The notes: generated from the sequence alone by a model not told the origin. Shown: positions 1 to 35,130, counted from the first letter of the stretch. The stretch: DNA of 64,000 nt from Amoebidium appalachense (GCA_963693365.1 CAVNZM010000004.1:10692468-10756467); one strand, 5' to 3'. Numbers and translations are program-made.

Positions 1-2940
1 GGATGCACAGTTTTTTGTGCACGGCATAAAGGAGTGGTGTATTTTTACTGTAACTTGGCCGTAGTGAACACAGTGAAAGGCGTAGAATGGGTCTTTTTAT
101 GTTGTAGCATTGCGTGATATATTTTTTCGTGTGTGGGAAAGGGTGGATATAATATTCACGTGTTGCGACGAACACAAAACCCCACGAGAGAGCTTGAGCT
201 CAGTGATGCTTTATCTGAGATCCATCTCACAAATCAAACATACGTAAAGAACATATAAGTATAATTAGTATACGGGGAGAACAGACAATTACGGTATGCA
301 TTTGTTTATAGTATCATGTAGCTCGTTGCAATTGATGGAGTTGCATTGTGCATGCATTACATGTGTCCGGTCGGATCGTCGTCGACATCGGATACCGGGG
401 TGGCCAGCAGGCCAGTACTGGGGACAGGTCGGATAGAGAAGAGAGGGTGGGAGGGCAAATACTTCTTTAAGCGGCTTATGTGCTTATTGAATTTCAGCGC
501 GAGATGGGATACTCTAGCAGCTATTGGGACCAGACCATATATCGAGAGCTTTACAGGCCCAGGTTTACAACAGTTGTTAAATAGAAAGGAGGCAACTTCT
601 GCTTCAAGGAAATTTGCCAAGGGTTTAAGCGCTCTAGCTCTAGATCTCTCTTTCTTGATCCAAGCGGCGAGAAGGGGTAAACCATATTCACATGCCGGGA
701 CGACAAACGTGCGAATAAATGTAAGTCTAATAGAAGGATGGAGGGGTGTGTCTCTAAAAATATTAGCCGAGAAGAAAGCTAACCGCTTACGAGCCAACTC
801 TACCCTCTTTTCGATCAAATGGGAAAACATAACACCAACAGAATTAACCGGAACACCAAGATATTTGTATTCTGGAACTCAGGGTACAGGTTTAGATGTC
901 AATGTAAATGTGTGTAACTTGTTAGCTATATCAGGTACAAGAACACCACATTTGTCTATGTTTAGGGTCATAAGGTTTGCCTTGCACCACTCTGACACTA
1001 CATCGAACAATCTTTGCAGGCGTCTAGGGGTACGGGCAAGGAGGGACAGATCATCAGCATAGAGAAGTGCAGGCGGAAAGTTATTAATAGGGTCATCATT
1101 TTCGGCATCAATCTTGACAGCCAAATCATCTATAAATAGGTTAAACAAAAAGGGACTAAGCAATGAACCCTGCAAGAGACCTCTAGTACGAGCAAAACCA
1201 TATGAAAGATGCCCATTAACCACAGCTCTACCATAGGTTTGAGACAAGAGTGCTTCTAACAGAACACTAATGCAGTGTGGTACACCCCGTGCAGCAAGCT
1301 TTTCCCATAGGAGACCAGGGGAGACAGAATCGTAAGCAGTTTTCCAATCAATAAAGCCAACATATCGTGCACCAACTTGCATAGAATCGTGCAGTGCCAT
1401 TATTTGAACATAACATGAATTGTTAACGTTCTTACGAAAAGCGGATTGGCATGGGTTTATGCGAAGAATAGATTGAAACCTAGGGTGATGTGCAAATAAC
1501 CTAAGTAAGCAAGCTTCAAGAATCTACGAACAACCTGGGTTAGTGTGATGGGGCGAAAAGATGATATGGGGCCCTCAGAGTCCTTCTTAACTATGGGGAT
1601 CACTAAGGTATCTAACCAAGATGACGGGACATGTCCACATTTAACACACCAAGAAAAGAGAGAGCTTAACATAATAGTAAGATCAGGTTTAATAGCACGA
1701 TCGCTTTCCTTTTGTGGGTAGGAGGGAACAAGGATTTTAAGAAACCCAGCAGGAAGCCTGAGTCCATCAGGTCCACAAGACTTACTAGAGCTATAACTAG
1801 ATATCACAGACCATATGGTATCGGGACTGAAAAAGGGGAGGATCGATTCTATGGGGATAGATGTGTCTACAGGCCACACAATAGGTTTCTGAGCGGGGGT
1901 CCTATCTTTAAACAGTTCCGAGAAATACTCATCAGAGTCTATGAGGGGGTCTCCAGTGGTATCCCCAATAATACGAGCAGGGGGGCCAAATCGATTCATA
2001 CTAGCAAGCCGGCGCAAGCTTTCCTTTTGAGACACGGGCTCACCTAGTCTAGCGGGAGTGGTGTTTGGTAACAAGAGAGCATCGGGATATTCCTTCCTAC
2101 CACCACCAGCATAATCACCGAGATCTATTAGATCATCAACAATAAAGTTAGTGCATGTATCTACTACGAGATGTGAATCTGGTCTGGCTTGTGTAAATTC
2201 TAATAGGCGCATATATATAGGGTGTTTCGTTGCATAGCATACACATACATCAACTCTACCCTACTGTGACTTGAGCTGGGATAGACGGAGGCGAAAGGTG
2301 GGAGGAGGAGGGGGGAGCAGATCAAGGGAGATCATAGGTAGGAAAAGGATAGGAGAGTGGTCAGATGACCTAGAGAGTTTTGACATGGTTGATGGCCAAA
2401 AGGCCACTCCCCAGTCGGTGTTGTGAGCATGGGATATTTGAGGGAACCGCAAAGTGTGACTTTGGACATACCTTGCTAAACGGATAGCGCGCTCCGGGGG
2501 CTTAGATGGGTACCCGACACTCATGATTGCATTGTGTCTGTGTGGTGGAGTCGCGCGCGTGTTAAAATCACCTATAATTGGTAACTGTGACAACTCATGA
2601 GTCAATTCGGCAACCGACATAGATGATGGGTAATATACAAAAGTAAAAACATTAGAAAGAAACTCTATAGACACCGAGAATTTCGTTTTTGCTACCGGTT
2701 TGCACCTCACTCTCACGTGTGGCGTACAATAATGCCTCGGTTTTTCGCGTAACCGGGGTGTGTGGATGTGTCGACCAATGTAGAGTTGAATTTGTGGTGG
2801 TTTTTATACTGTGTTTCGCAAATCACTGTAAACGTGTGGTTGTTTGTCTGTTGTTGTATGTAACTGATTTTATCGTCGAGTGTCCCGGGGGGAGGCCCTT
2901 TTGGGGGCCCAGTGTCCGAGCATTCCAGAAGAAGAAGGAT
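1..2940 (-). mobile_element. Decayed non-LTR retrotransposon (LINE), APE endonuclease + reverse transcriptase ORF2 broken by stops and frameshifts
   Basis: APE motifs IIGDFN and SDHSPI (2261-2716). RT motifs KSCGPDG, WxxxxVIPIVKK, FRPITL (1457-2212); FIDWKTAYDSV, GLLQGSLLSPFLFNLFIDDL, LLYADD (879-1400); thumb-region FVVPACEYGL (357-830). Intronless. 3' end runs toward or off the window start. Confidence 0.9.
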
Positions 2941-2943
2941 AGA

Positions 2944-3357
2944 TTAGGCATCGGTTTGGTCCGACGCCTGTGGGGTTGGTTCCCACTTGTCTCTTACGGG
3001 GTCGTATGCACGACCTTCCGCCAGCGCGAACAGTTCGCAGAAGAGCTCGATTTCCATCTCGCATCGGCGTTTGCGCTCGAGTAGTTTCTCACCAGAAAAC
3101 ATTGGTTCCTTCGTGTCCGTGTCTATCACGCTCGTAGCATCGTTTTCCAACTTTGCGAGGAACTCTTTTGCCTTGCTGATGCGTACACGACAGCGTGTGG
3201 CGCACGCATTCTTAGCAGACACTTTACGTTCTTTGTCTGCTTTCTGAATGTTTTCCGGCGCGCTTGGGTCGTAGCTTGGGAGGTGGGTGAAGAAGCTTCC
3301 ACACCCCTTTGTCGCGTCACGGATGAACGCACGGTTATATAATACCGAAACACACAC
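2944..3357 (-). CDS. Hypothetical ~137-aa charged/helical ORF upstream of LINE ORF2 (possible ORF1 remnant)
   Basis: Non-repetitive ORF on the same strand directly 5' of the APE region. No recognisable motif. Confidence 0.3.
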   Translation of the reverse strand: MCVSVLYNRAFIRDATKGCGSFFTHLPSYDPSAPENIQKADKERKVSAKNACATRCRVRISKAKEFLAKLENDATSVIDTDTKEPMFSGEKLLERKRRCEMEIELFCELFALAEGRAYDPVRDKWEPTPQASDQTDA

Positions 3358-3584
3358 ACGTCACATTCACAACAGACACCCAGAAAGATAGCCTACCTGT
3401 AAATTACAACATCCTTGATTTTATACTAAACACGCGTAACTACGACCTGTTTATTAGATGTATTGATTGGCTTGAGAAACATATCATTACAAAATTCTAG
3501 CGCACGCGCACACACACACACACACAAACACAACCAGCTGATACCGAGTGTCCCAGGGGAGACCCCCCCCCCTCCCCCCCAAAA

Positions 3585-3880
3585 AAAATAAATAAAAAAT
3601 AAAAAAATAAAAAATAAATAATAATAATAATAATAATAATAAAAAACGGGGAACCCCAACTCAATTTTTCTTAGTCTTTATGGTGTCCCGTAGAGAAAGT
3701 AAACCCTGATATATAGTCATCACCCGACATCTAGGAAGTGTGATCATGATATACCGCTGAGGGGATATTCCGAGCAAAAACCCCCCATACCTGAGACTGG
3801 TCTCTCTTTGCCTCGAGTAAACAGCGTAAACCCCCAAAATAAAGTCAGGCGGAATTCGAACCCTGCAGCTGTCTACTCTA
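3585..3880 (-). mobile_element. Possible tRNA-derived SINE remnant
   Basis: B-box-like GGGTTCGAATTCCG on the minus strand (3850-3863), with a downstream (TTA)n tail at about 3610-3641. No full cloverleaf seen. Confidence 0.25.
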
Positions 3881-4244
3881 ACTTTGGTAACGGGGGGGGG
3901 GGGGGGGGGGGGGGGGGGAGGGGGGGGGGGGGGGGGAGGACGAGGGGCAGGTAAGCTTAAGGGTGTATTTTAATTAAGATTATTCCGAAAAAGGGTTCGT
4001 AGACGGAATCTAAAGATTTTGGCAAAATCGGCGTATACGGAATCTTATCTTTAAGTTAGGCGCGGACGGACACTGTAGGCCTGTGAAAACAGAAGATCAT
4101 TACTCGTGATGTCGGCTTATTCGACAGCTGCAGCCCAGTGACGGCTCGGGGAAGGCCGGGAAGGAGAGGGGCCCGGGGGGAGGGGGGGGGGGGGGGGGGG
4201 GGGGGATAACGATGCATATGGCGCACTTACATTTTTTTTTTTTT

Positions 4245-4275
<31 letters not shown>

Positions 4276-4693
4276 GGGGAACAAAAATATTTACAGACAT
4301 ACATACAAACAGTACTGGCTTTACGGTTCGGATGTGGTATGTTATGTGCACAATAGGTACACGTGGACATGAAAGCTTGTATATTGCCACTCTCTCAGTG
4401 TGTATGGTAAAAATCGCAGCCCGTCAAACGAAGATTTTCTGTAGTGAAATATGAGATTCGATATGGTGTAATAAAGGTTTTCTTGAATTTGATAGAGGGG
4501 CCGGGGGGGGGGGGGGGGGGGGGGGAGGGGGGGGGGGGGGGAGCGCGGCAATAGAAATTGAGATGGTCCCCCCTGATGGTCTGGATCCCCCCCCCCCCCC
4601 CTCCAAAAAAGAAAAAAAAGAAAAAAAAGAACTGACCGCCAGGGTGGACGTGGTGGACATGGTGTGATGCCACCGGGTGGCCCCCCCCCCTCT

Positions 4694-4727
<34 letters not shown>

Positions 4728-4947
4728 CCCCCCCCCGGGGGGGGTCCGACAGCTCTCTCCCAGCTGCACACCTCTCTCGGCGAGAAGCTCACCTTCCTTC
4801 CTTCTCCCCTCCCCCCTCTCCACCACCACCTGGTCCACCACCAACACTCCGCTTCCCTTCGTTTCGACCAGCGCTTAAGGGCTTTTGTTGTAGTTGTTGG
4901 TGATGCATGCATGCATGCATTCTTTGCGCCGGAGTAATTGGGCCCGG

Positions 4948-4994
<47 letters not shown>

Positions 4995-5578
4995 TGGGGA
5001 GACGGGATAGATAGATAGAGTGCGAGAGAGGGTCGGAGGGCGAGGAGGGGGGGGGGGGGGGGGGGGGGGGAGGGGGGAGGGGGGGAGGGAGGGGGAGGAT
5101 CCGTCGGGAAGTAAAAGAGAAAAGGCGGATTGACAAAGTTTGCCACGTGTGTGTTATGTGTGTGCACGTGTGCGCACAACATTTTATGTGCCACCACGAG
5201 ATCAAGAATCATCGGCATTGCCCTGCGGCAGTCTGTGAGCGTGCCCGTGAGTGTGTGAGTGACTGTGTGTGTGTGTGTGCCTGCATGTGCAGCATGTGTG
5301 TGCATGTGTGTGTGTGTGTGTGTGTGTGCATGTGTGCGTGCCTTTTTCAAGCCTGCATGCACGGGTTACGGCTCTGTTTCTCTCCTTCCTATCTGTTTAA
5401 ATTCAGTGTGTGTGTGTATCTGTGTGCGCCTGTGTATGCGTGTGTGTGTGTTGATACGTGTGTGTGTGTGTGTGTGTGTGTGTTTGTGTGCATATCCACA
5501 TAATACACATAGGTGCACACGCACACACACTCACGCACACACACACACACACACGCACTCACGCACACACGCACACAC

Positions 5579-5651
<73 letters not shown>

Positions 5652-5727
5652 GCATGTGCACACACGCAACCGTCCACACACAAGTCCCACGTGCGCACAC
5701 GTATGTTATTATTATACACGCACACGC

Positions 5728-5841
<114 letters not shown>

Positions 5842-5983
5842 CACACACGCCAGGCTCGTGCACATACGCACCCAGTGGCACCCACACACACTGTCAATGT
5901 GTCTTGTGACTCGCGCATGTTGACATAATGCGGCATGCGCTTGCAAAAACACCAGATTCAATAACGTAGCCTATCAATTGCAG

Positions 5984-7729
5984 TTGAATGAAGGGCCCTG
6001 GAGGGATCTTCGGATCCTCCAGAACAAAGGAAAGAGTGGGTTCAGGAACTCACTGACAAGAATAACGTAAGCATCACAAAAAGGCAAGCTTTGGGGGGCC
6101 CGGGGGGGGGGGGGGGGGGGGGGGTGGCAGTGGAGTACTCGAAGAAGTTCAACGACAAACATGCTTTTCGTTTTTTGTTTTTTTTTTTCTTTGCCTTAAC
6201 TTATCATATGGCAGTTTAATATATCAGGACTATGACCTTAGCCTTAGGGGCGCCCGGCCATATATATTACAGACTCTCTTCCATTACATCAGACACCAGC
6301 AGATGGTGCACCTATTCAACGGCATAATTGAATAAATATTATTAAACACAGCTTATTAACGTATTTTGGGCAAGCTGCGCCCCTAAGTACAAATTCAAAA
6401 AATACATTCTTGCACCAATGTATATACGGAAGCACATGCGGGGGAGCTCGAGGACTGATGGGGGAAGAAACGACAAGATGTCTAGAATACTTCAGAAATC
6501 TGGACAGTATCTATGGTGGGTTGAGTGGGTGGGGGTGGGGTTACATGTGGGCATGCTCGGGTATAGGTGGGTTGGGCGGGAAGGGGAGGGGGGGGGAAGG
6601 GGGGAGGATTGATGGGGGGAAAAGAGGACGGGGGTGGAGGGGGCTGAGGATGGGGAAGAGAGAGGGGGGTGGAAGAGGGGGGATGTACACAATTTGCTAA
6701 AAGCGGGGAGGGGGGGCCTTGGATTTCGCTTAACTTCAGCCCCCTCAGCCTCCCCCTCCCCCCCCCCCCCCCTCCTCCCCTCCCCCCCCTCCCCCTCCCC
6801 CCCCCCCCCCCCCCCCCTCCTCCCCCGTATCACACTCGATCATCGAGCACCACTTTGCCGTAAGTTGACTTAAAAGACTTCCCATTATGGTTCATTGGTC
6901 TAAGCCTTATGCCCACCTAGGCCACTAAGGCTTGGGGTGGGAGCCTTGTACTACTTACGCAATGCACTTAGGCTAAGTTGACGTAGCACATTGAATACAA
7001 GCTTATCTATGCTACCATAGCTAGGCTGGACAACTTTTGACAGCCTCAGTGACAGACACACATATGCCGAATGAATGCATATGCCCGGCATATCGTACGC
7101 ACACACACTTTTTGTGTCGCACCCCACATAAACACACAGGCGCTCCCACACGCATGACTCCCGGCGAACGATGTGCTGTCAATCAGCCTTCATAAACGAC
7201 TCTCTGTGAGTATGTGCATGTGGCCCACTAGCCTACATATGTACACACAAACTGCCAGCCAGGCCTTGTAACAACACCGTGACACGCACATACACATACA
7301 CACGCACACTGGCATGCACGGTGAGAAATGTGCATGTGACGAAGTCTCAGCGTGTTGGTCCACGCGGGACATGTCAATGAGACGTACACGAATAGCCTCA
7401 TTTTAGGTGGGTCACTAAATTTTAAATCTTTCGCACAAACTGAAGTACGCAATCATATATCCCTTTTTCGTGGCATTGCCATAACTTAAAGGCCTACGAT
7501 GACTCCACCAACATATGATATATTAATGCTGAATGCATTTTTTTCTGAAGGTGTACCCGGCGTCACCTATAATAATTGCACAATTCGATAACATTAAATC
7601 TATGTGTAGGGTTTATCATGAAGTTTTCTGGGCCGAAAGGCTCGCAGTTTTAGCACCGTGCCTGGACCCATCGATCCCCTCCATCCCCTTCCCCCCCCAG
7701 GCGTTGCTGCCGCCGCTGCCGCCACCAGG

Positions 7730-7801
<72 letters not shown>

Positions 7802-8149
7802 GAAAAAAACGGTGGGGGGGGGGGGGAGGAGAGGAGAGAGGGGGGTGGGGGGAGGGAGGGGAGGGGGAGGGGGGCGGGGGATAAAACAGGCGGCGGCCTC
7901 CGTGCACGGCTCGAAAACCTGTTGCTATGCACTGTGCGACAACCAGCACTTTACACAAACAGCCTTTTCTATCTCCCCGGGTAAAAAAGTGGGTTTTTCG
8001 GGAATCTGAACACCTTCCTGTAAATCCAAGAACGTGCACGTGAAAAGAAAAACTAGAAAGGGTCTGGCTGCATACATCTGGTCATCCTGTCATGACATTA
8101 GGAAGTTCGCGCTTGATCGCGATAGCTATACGCACTGCCAGCACTGAGC

Positions 8150-8199
<50 letters not shown>

Positions 8200-8238
8200 A
8201 CCACCACCACCGTCACCACCCGTGACCCACCCGGACCC

Positions 8239-8269
<31 letters not shown>

Positions 8270-8650
8270 AAAAAAAAAAAGAAACAGAAAAAAAAAAAAA
8301 AAAAAAAAAACGAAAAAAATAAGAGCACTACCAAGGCTCACACTTCTCTGTCTATGGCTGGCCAGGGCTGCCACACAGTGACAACTTCATCCTTGGTTGT
8401 TGGCAGTCAGGCTACAAAAAAGCAACCCTCAAGCTTCAGAACAAGCTACAGTATCATGTGACGTACTACGGTACAGTAACTCTGAACACAAATCCTTGAT
8501 ACCAAAGTTTATTGATGATATGTCGCCTTGAACTACAAAAACTGTTCACTGAACACGATCAAACCTTGAAAGGTTCAAAGTCATGGTGGCCAATGGCATT
8601 ACTATGATATTGACAACAAACGCTACTCAGAATCACGACCTCAACTCTAA
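5984..8650 (+). other. Scattered exon-like segments of an unidentified, possibly degenerate, plus-strand gene
   Basis: tgcag|LNEGPWRDLRILQNKGKSGFRNSLTRI|gtaagc (5984-6066). Other complex open segments lie near 6440-6516, 7890-7980 and 8320-8460 (FSVYGWPGLPHSDNFILGCW). A ...QWHYYDIDNKRYSESRPQL* segment ends at 8650 and overlaps AATAAA. No consistent full model could be built. Confidence 0.3.
6243..6387. mobile_element. MITE-like element with 11-bp terminal inverted repeats
   Basis: CTTAGGGGCGC (6243-6253) and GCGCCCCTAAG (6377-6387) are perfect inverted repeats around about 120 bp of AT-rich DNA. GGGG termini next to TTA/TAA resemble PIF/Harbinger (Tourist) MITEs. Confidence 0.4.
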
Positions 8651-9028
8651 ATAAAAGTATTGCATCAGCAATAAAATATCGGATGGACCCGTAGTGCCCC
8701 AGTAGCCAATATTCAACATGATACAGGCTGGCCAGTTTACTGTAGTAGTAAGGCATTCATTGCCAACCAATTCGAAATTGCACAGAAATGGGTTTAAACA
8801 ACTGACACCACCCATATAGATGATGCTGCATGAAATGTGTGTACATGATATTAGCTATCAGTTTACCGCGACACAATCCACGGGAAACGCCTAAGGTTGT
8901 GACTCAATCAAAGTTTACGCAAAATCTGCTTACTTGCCGTTACGTCTATGATTACGTGGAAATTACATCCGATTCGAGTCTCAGAAATTCTATAGGTATT
9001 TAACTGTACAGTTTTCAATCCTCCGAAA

Positions 9029-10050
9029 TCAGACATCTACCGAAATATGGTTGCTAAGTGGCACAACCGTTGTAGATGTACCATTTTTGTGCTTCAGATC
9101 TTTCTTTGTCGTCAGCTTTCTTAAACTCTGCGACCCAATTCCACTACCAACAGTTGCAGAGTCATCCCTGTGATCTATGTTTACGTTGGCCGCGCTCTGT
9201 GTACTGTCAGTAGGCATCATTCCCTTCAAACTAGTGATCACAAAGGTATACATAACAGCGATAAGTGTTAAATTCAAGCAGCTGACTACGTAGCGAGGCC
9301 ACAGATAAACAACCAAGGCAGTCCATGCGTATGCCAGGTTGAGGCAAATAGTCATGCCCCAGCACACCGACGACAAAAAGCACCTTGCATTGGTCGAGAT
9401 CGACCTTTCGCAGCCACTTGCAGAGTAAACAGGCACAGCGCCGCCCACAAATCAACCGCGATGGGCCACAACTGAAAGAACAGAACATAGCCTGTATTGG
9501 CGGAGTTATCGTCAAAAAACTCGTCGATGGTCATGTTGCAGAACATGATGAGGTCCCAGCAGGCGGCGATCAGGTGTGGAAGCATGAAGAGAAACAATAC
9601 CGCAAACAAGTTTCGCTTCTTGCATAGAAGTCTCGCTACACCGGAGTTGCCCACAGGGACCAACCGCAGGCTGGGAAGAAGGACGGGATAACCATAGTAG
9701 ATAATGATCACGCGCAACTTGAGGATACACATGGGCCATATGGTCAGGGCCCGCACCAACTGGTTGGGCAGCAGAATGAACGGAATATAGTAGGCAGGGG
9801 ATGACCATGTTTCAAAAGTGACCTTCCCCGTGCTGAGGCTCAGATTTAGGGTTGCCTGGTACAGGGTATAGCAACTGAACCCTGCAAGTGTGGCTGCAAG
9901 AAACGAAAACGGTAACCGTTCACTTCGTCGTAGGTTTGCTCGGTGCCACCAGTACCACAGAAGGGTTAGTACAGCGGCAAGCAGGGATAAACCCCCGGTG
10001 ACATGTAGTTCAACATGGACACGATGAACAGATCGTTCTTGTTGTATCTG
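9029..10050 (-). pseudogene. Intronless multi-pass (7TM/GPCR-like) membrane protein with at least 2-3 frameshifts
   Basis: Successive hydrophobic segments: GLSLLAAVLTLLWYWWHR, PFSFLAATLAGFSCYTLY, IPFILLPNQLVRALTIWPMCILKLRVIIIYY, LFAVLFLFMLPHLIAACW, YVLFFQLWPIAVDLWAAL, MTICLNLAYAWTALVVYLW, VVSCLNLTLIAVMYTFVIT, then a S/T-rich tail. The frame switches near 9995, 9435 and 9360. Confidence 0.55.
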
Positions 10051-11337
10051 CGTTTTAAAGTGCCCAAATAGTTATGTACCGTAGTCCAGATGAGTAATGA
10101 TGGAAATGTATGCTGTAAGGAAGAGGAAAATGCACAGAACCAACTACAAACCGGCCCGCATGTGCAAGGACATACTGCCGCCCATCTGCTTGACTAGCCA
10201 TCCCAGCTGTTGCTGATGTTGGATATCTGCGTCACGGTGCTTATCCGTCGCAGTGGCCTGTTCTTGGTTGCTTCGGAAACGGCAGCATGAGCCTCGTCAG
10301 ATAGCACCACTACTTCTGTGTGGTGTGAGCCCAACTGCGTGTCTGAGTTTAAGTCGTTGTAAGGGGTGGTTTCTTGTTGTGTGTGGCCGCCACGTTGCCA
10401 TGTTCAACTGCCAGTGTTTGCCAGAAACGGTGTCTAGTCCGTTGAAGGGTGCTGAGATGTGCGCATGTGTTTTCAAACTAGTTGATGTGTACACAGGGTG
10501 TGTCCATCTGTGCCATGGATGATCTACGAAAAATATAGGGTGGGAAACGTTGAAAAGATCCATTGATCCAAGATCCTTTGGATCTTGTCACGGGCGAGAA
10601 TTCTGTACTATTCCGAATCCGCACTTCGGAAAAGGGAATATGTACTATTTCAAAGCACACCTACACGCCGTGCACGTGTAATATGATGCCAACCATTGCA
10701 TGCATGGGAAGTAGGATGCAGTCCGTTTCTGTGGCTAGCACAGCTACATAACAACTTATACATCATGATATATTGAGGTCATGCGTGGGCAACTGGGCAT
10801 GTGGCATAGGCATGTGTGTATGTAACGTATAAACTGACGTCGACGTTGTTATGGCGTTACGTGCCCCTCAGTGAAATCGAGTCCTGTCAGCGCCACACAA
10901 TAATTATTGAATATCGTAGTGTAATGTGAATACTCAAAAGTGAATTCCGATTGAACAGCACCTGTACAACATACCCTTTTTTTTTAACACGCCAACTATG
11001 TTATTTGGTGCTCATCACACGGCCTATCACACGGTCACTCTCTCGGTCACTCAGCTCCCTCAGGGTCGGGGGACGGGCTCCAGATGGTCCTGACATAAGA
11101 TACCATTGTGTGTTTTAATTGGATCGGAGCGCACCCACCACATTCCAACTGAAGTTGGGAGAGCGAAACCATGGTGTTTCTAGATGGCCGTGAACCATGG
11201 GCATGCGCACGAAGCTCACGAACGCCTATGCATTAGTCTAAGCGCCCCCCCCCTACGTTTCCCCGGCATCCCTCTCTCCCTCTATCTCTCTCTCTTTCTT
11301 CCCCCGCCCTCCCCCCGGGCGCCCGTTCCTGTGCAGG

Positions 11338-20838
<9,501 letters not shown>

Positions 20839-22277
20839 TGGTCACGTGCTCGAGTGTTGAAGGCAATTGGGAGCATGGTTCACCTTGTTGGTGAATGGGT
20901 CAAACCTTTTTATGAGTAATCTAGCGGCTAGTGTGTGAAAGGTAAATGGTGATGTGTAAATGTTTGTAGTATCAATTCTAAGCATATAATTAATTGACGT
21001 GCAATAATAGTAGTGTGTATATACATTTTTTAACACACATTCGGCAGTACAGAACTTTCAAAGCACCACCATAATCTAACGCAAATAAGACGTGGGTGTG
21101 GTGTAGTTACGAAGTTAATGTTAAGTTGGAGGTGAAGATAACAATTGTGCCTGGTGTTATGCCTAACGACGTCTTGCTCTGTGTGATTTTACCCAGCGCA
21201 GGAAGTGCACGTGGCGGGGAGCTTACTTGATGTGTGTACATTGAAAGGTTGAGCAAAGCAATGCCCGATTTGGCATTAATATTATAACAATGTGGGGTTA
21301 GCACTACGACACAAAATCATTCGTGAATGGTCCCCACCACACTAAAATGAAATGTAAGCTTTTCCAGATTCCATGTAAGATACAAACATGTATAAACGTG
21401 GTTTTGGTCATGACAGGGGGCCTCCCACCCCGTACCATGAGTATATTGATATATGTTGTCACATCAAGTATGTATGGATGGACACCGGGGCATGACATGT
21501 ATGCTCAATGCAACGTTGCCAAAGGGAGAGCATCATGATCCACATTCCAGATGCCACACGCCTGTGATGATTTTACCTTTATTGGTTGCTTTGGGTCACA
21601 GCCCGCTGTGCCCATTATGGAAAGCCATGCCAGCACAGCCACCCACTTGCCTATTATGTACGTCACGTGATCAGCACAACCTCAATCACTGTTGGATCGT
21701 GGCATGATCATGAATTTGGGTTGTCCACTTTCGGTATGTGTGTGTGTGTGTGCTTGTATATATGCGTGTGTGTGTGTGCGTGTGTGTGTGGTCATGTGTG
21801 TGTGCGCACACACATGTACGCGAACATGTGTGTGTGCTTATGGTGTGCTTAATGTGTGCGTGTAGTGTCCGACTCCATCCCTCACCGAGTCTATTCATCA
21901 GTGTGTGCACCCATATACTATCGTACACGTTCGATGTGTGTGGTGTCCTTTCATTCCGAAGGTCGACAGGTACATGAAGCGAAACAAGTACATAGCAACT
22001 ATGAAAAATGTGTGGGGGCATGGGTGCATTGTGTGCACACGTGCATTAGTGTGTGTATGTGTGTGTGTTTGCGAGCATGAGCGTATACGCGTGTGCGTGC
22101 CTGTGTGCCCGTGTGTGTGTAAATGTATGTGTGTGGGTATGCAAGCTCAATTGCACACAAAGCTGCAACCACTTATAACACATTCACTCTTGACTGAGCT
22201 CTCATCTCGAACACGAGAAGCAGCAAGAACCAATGGTTGAACGAGGTTATGTTGTGACTCTCGCCCACGCTTCATGC

Positions 22278-34337
<12,060 letters not shown>

Positions 34338-34988
34338 GTTGACGTTTCTTTGCTAATTAATGGTTGGGAACTGTGCTGTGTGCGTCTGTTTGTTGTATGT
34401 TCCTGGTTGTGACTTGGTATGTGTGCGCGTGCTGCGTGTTTGGTATGTTGTGCTGCCGTATTCACGGTGTGTTTCCTACGCCTTGTGATACACACTCAGA
34501 CAGCCATGCAAGCTTTATGAAGCATTTGAACCACTTCAAACCTATTACTTTGGAGTCGGTGCTGAATCTGGTGTGCAGCGTGCCAAAGTGGAAATGCCAT
34601 GATACAATATTTGCGTAATATTTGCGCAAGGCGCCGGCCAGTCCCCTCCCTTCCCAGGCTCCCCCCCCCCCCCCCCCCCCCCTTGTGCCTGACTTAACCG
34701 GGCTCGCACGCGCCCCACGTCCCCCAAGCCCTTGACGGGCGTGCCCCCCCTCCGTCCCCCTCCTCCGCCGCGGCTGGCCATCCTGGCCTCGCTGTCTCTC
34801 CTCGCCCAATCCCTCATCCCTTGATCTGATCGATGATATGGTCAGCCGTAGGTCTATACGAAGGAAGCCCTAGGTATAGGGAGATCGGATGATAACCGGC
34901 TAAAAAAATACAATAATTGATAATAATTTACAAAAATAAAAAACATAAACCCAATAACCATAACCCTATGTGTGTCTGGGCCCTAAAT

Positions 34989-35130
34989 GGGGGGGCTGCC
35001 GCCCCCCCAATCCCCCGCTAAAGGGGCCTGACGGCCCCTTTATGTCGCTTGGGGATCGAATCGTTCTCCCCTGATTTTACGTCATCGGATCGTGTTTTGT
35101 CCAATCAGGTGCGCGGGGACTTCCGGCGTA
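34989..35130. promoter_or_regulatory. Candidate regulatory region between divergently transcribed PRPF4 and zinc-finger genes: two GC hairpins plus CRE-like, CCAAT and ETS-like motifs
   Basis: GGGGGGGC-TGCC-GCCCCCCC (34989-35008), AAGGGGCC-TGAC-GGCCCCTT (35021-35040), ACGTCA (about 35079), CCAAT (35101), ACTTCCGG (about 35119). Confidence 0.35.

Noticed and set aside
346-1062. 238-aa plus-strand ORF (also 49890-50477 + and 37655-38485 -)
   Set aside because: Antisense shadows of the LINE RT, ALDH and zinc-finger exons.
3845-3880. Functional tRNA gene
   Set aside because: Only a B-box-like T-loop with an imperfect stem; no acceptor, D or anticodon arms.
10757-10853. MITE defined by cataacaac/gttgttatg
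   Set aside because: Only a 9-bp inverted match with no target-site duplication or second copy; compatible with chance.
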